In this document: positions 61,428-64,000 of the stretch, one piece after another
How positions within the stretch are numbered: position 1 is the first letter of the stretch
How the letters are laid out: every line of letters starts with the position of its first letter
Assembly (NCBI GenBank): GCA_010909165.1
Contig: MU008165.1
Span: 682,001 to 746,000 of the forward strand
Reading direction: 5' to 3'
Source of the DNA: Anthoceros angustus
Taxonomy: Eukaryota > Plantae > Anthocerotophyta
DNA length: 64,000 nucleotides
Translations under genes and position numbers: made by a program
The notes under the pieces: generated by a model
What the model was told of the DNA's origin: nothing
Database searches by the model: none
Seen by the model: only the letters and a program-made list of their open reading frames with translations

Positions 61428-63992
61428 TCACTTCCCTCTGATTCTCGGCTTGAGGCGTAGCTCGGGAGGCATTGTCGACACGCTATCTAACACAACTTCC
61501 GTCCTTGGTCGAGCATCCTCGGGATCCTCGAAATTGTCGTTTTCGACCATAGCATTTCGGCGATATCGACCGCATCCTCCTTGCTCTTCTCCAAATAGTC
61601 GGGATGCCACAATGCGAGAGGGTTTCTTGGCGATCATCTATAAGATCTCGGTCTTCTCTTTCATCTGCTCAACCCAAGTGGGACTACGGGCACAGGATGC
61701 ATCCTTCTCGGACAAGCTCAATTCTTTTGCCCGAGGTGGGTGGGGCCTCGGCGGTGTGGCTCATGGGTCAATCCTCCTCTGCGTCCGGTAAAACTTCATA
61801 GCCATGAATCCTTTGCGGAATGAACTACGCACGTTTGTCAACCTCCACGGCAATGCAATTTCGGCCACAAAGGAGTGCGCTAATGTCGTTGTTCCACTCA
61901 CTGCATGCATCTAATATCAATCTCCTTCTCGGAAGTTCTTGATCAACTTCATCATTAGACCCGGTGGCCTCGATGCGGAAACAACCAGCTTGTCCGACAT
62001 GTATAATAACTTCTTCACCACAGTCGTGTGCAATAACCGCTCGCCCATTATTGAAAGAGCCGCAAGGTATTGACATGGACACCTTTGTCTTCTTGCTCGT
62101 CGGTCACACCCCACCCGATGATGTACTCCGATTATCAAGCCTCCTTGGTCATTGTGCATATTAGTTTTGTCCCAAACAAATGAGACCATGCCTCCACACG
62201 CACCACTTCCTCATACTCTCACGACAATGCGGCTCTTCCACACCATGCATTACTATCATTACGATCTCGTCGCACATTGTCATGTCATGGAAGGAATGAA
62301 ATATGTTTGCCATTTCGCTCAAGTTTGACATCATACTTCCCTTGTTGAATCCCACAGGGACATCACCAGCGTTGTATACTTGAGCTCAAAGAAACCCTCT
62401 CATTTACGCCACATCTCTGCGCACCACTTGATACTTCACTAACTCCTCTGTTTTGGGCACGATGATTGCAGCCCTTCCTCCATGTCCATGTCCATAAGTG
62501 CCCTCTGCTCATCCTCCAGCCCTTTCCATGTGTGGACCTCTAATATAAAAGCACGGAAATCTTACGGTAGCTTTTGGTCTTCAACATCTTTAACTTGCTG
62601 CAAAATAACACAAAACAAGTGAGTTGCGAAAGTCAGTTGCGGGGACAATAGGGAAAGGGAGGCGCGGCATGCGGCGCCCTCTTATAGTTCTATCTTGGTA
62701 GAGCAGTGAAACTCACCTTCCCTTGACGGTGAAATCGGCAATGACTTCATCCGTTGAGTGCAGGTACTCCTTCCTCACCATCTCGAATGAATTGCAGCCT
62801 AGATGCCGCCATAGCCACTTGGATCACATGTAGTTTCTTAGAAGAGTGATCTCTTTGGCCATACCATTGAGGTCTATGAGACACGACCTTCTCGGTGACA
62901 CGATCAACATTTTTGGTCTCACCCGGTGGAATACCACGAAAACTTCCAAGGCTTCCTTGCATGTCTTTTGGCTTCACAAAACTTTGGTCCAAACTTCGCC
63001 AAGGCTTCCTTGCATGTCTTTTGGCTTCACAAAACTTTGGTCCGACTTCGCCTCATCTGCGGTCTTAGTTTCCCCTTGCTTTTCTTGCTTGTTCCTGCGG
63101 CAACATGTTTGGCTTATTACAGCTCCATGGCCTCCCACTTCGTGAAGATCTTATCAACATTTTCCCACTCTCCCTTCAAGTTTGGCGATGCAAAGGATAT
63201 GTGTGCGATTATCGACCTTGTTTTGCTTGTCTTGCTCATCCTCTCGGCCTCATCATCATCTATCAAGCCTAGCACCTATAGGTTGAACTTCAGTTCATGC
63301 TCATATTGACACCATCTCTCTTTGCAATCAACTCATCTAAAGTACCTTACTTGCTCAATGAAATTCATCTTCCGTTTGTCGGACATAGTGTTGTGGTGCG
63401 GTGGCGGAACCCTCATCTCTGTAAAGTGAGCCCACAATACACATGGGCTTCCATCCATTGGAATCGGCCTTGATGGATATGTACGCGGATGCTTCATGCA
63501 TAGGTGTGATTGCCCGAGCACTCCCATGACATACTTCTTGGCTCTAAACTTATTCGATCTATAGATTGAATGTCGTGCACTCATTGGGTCAATCATGCAT
63601 AGTAGACACACCTTCCTCCACTCTACCTTTCGAAATGACTCGAGCGGTGGTTGGTCCAAGCTTCATCCACAATCCGAATCATGCATCACGGAGAAAGAAA
63701 GGATGCGAGCCTTAAATTCTCTAATTTCGGAAGATTTGGAACCACTTTCTTGGCGTATGCCTCTACGATATTCGCAAATAATCTTCATCACAGATGGAGG
63801 CCTCCGGCCTCTCCCGTCGATCGCGACATGCATAGTCGGGATATCGTTCTTGTCGCGCTCTGCTGGCGCTTGCCTTTCTTCCTTCTCAAATCTCTTTGGG
63901 CTCCACATTTGTTGACGCCCCAAACCAGTGCATATGTCGAACTCGTTTGCGCTTCCACTACTTCCGATCGCCTCCACTATCGCCGGCATCAC
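61428..63992 (-). pseudogene. ParB/Srx-like domain + beta-class N6A/N4C DNA methyltransferase gene, frameshifted, intron 62598-62716; 5' end probably beyond the window
   Basis: Motif IV-like DVPVGF (62347-62364); VWDKTN (~62160-62177); RPPGLMMKLIKNF..EGD-LILDACS[GS]GTTTLA-ALLCGRNCIAVEVD (61838-61970); upstream IRIVDEAW, YVMG, VYCGLT..EMRV..HN..MNFIEQVRYFR. Confidence 0.8.
62946..63052. repeat. 53-bp tandem duplication that disrupts the methyltransferase-gene frame
   Basis: CCAAGGCTTCCTTGCATGTCTTTTGGCTTCACAAAACTTTGGTCC at 62946 and 62999. Confidence 0.97.
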
Positions 63993-64000
63993 GGCATGCG

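Noticed and set aside
63663-63992. hAT dimerisation domain suggested by SSGSANE
   Set aside because: It would lie at the wrong end of the gene, lacks the ERxFS motif, and downstream motifs fit ParB-MTase

Overview
Repeat-rich nuclear DNA of a land plant, probably a non-seed plant such as a hornwort or fern (inferred from the WW-type PLS-PPR gene). Host genes: a SKP1-like array with three open copies, one pseudogene and one orphan promoter (all four coding copies share the same intron position), and one intact ~32-motif PLS-class PPR-E gene. Most of the rest is nested, decayed mobile DNA: Athila/Tat-like Ty3/gypsy elements, four Ty1/copia elements (one full-length), a CACTA-type terminus and a Sola2-like DDE transposase. 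Two observations stand out. (1) At 61.4-64 kb (- strand) there is a decayed, intron-containing gene with a ParB/Srx-like domain followed by a bacterial-type beta-class N6A/N4C DNA methyltransferase, possibly transposon cargo. (2) A gypsy lineage here appears to encode its accessory ORF inside a multi-kb LTR. All domain calls are by-eye motif recognition, with no database searches, and TE boundaries are approximate unless stated.
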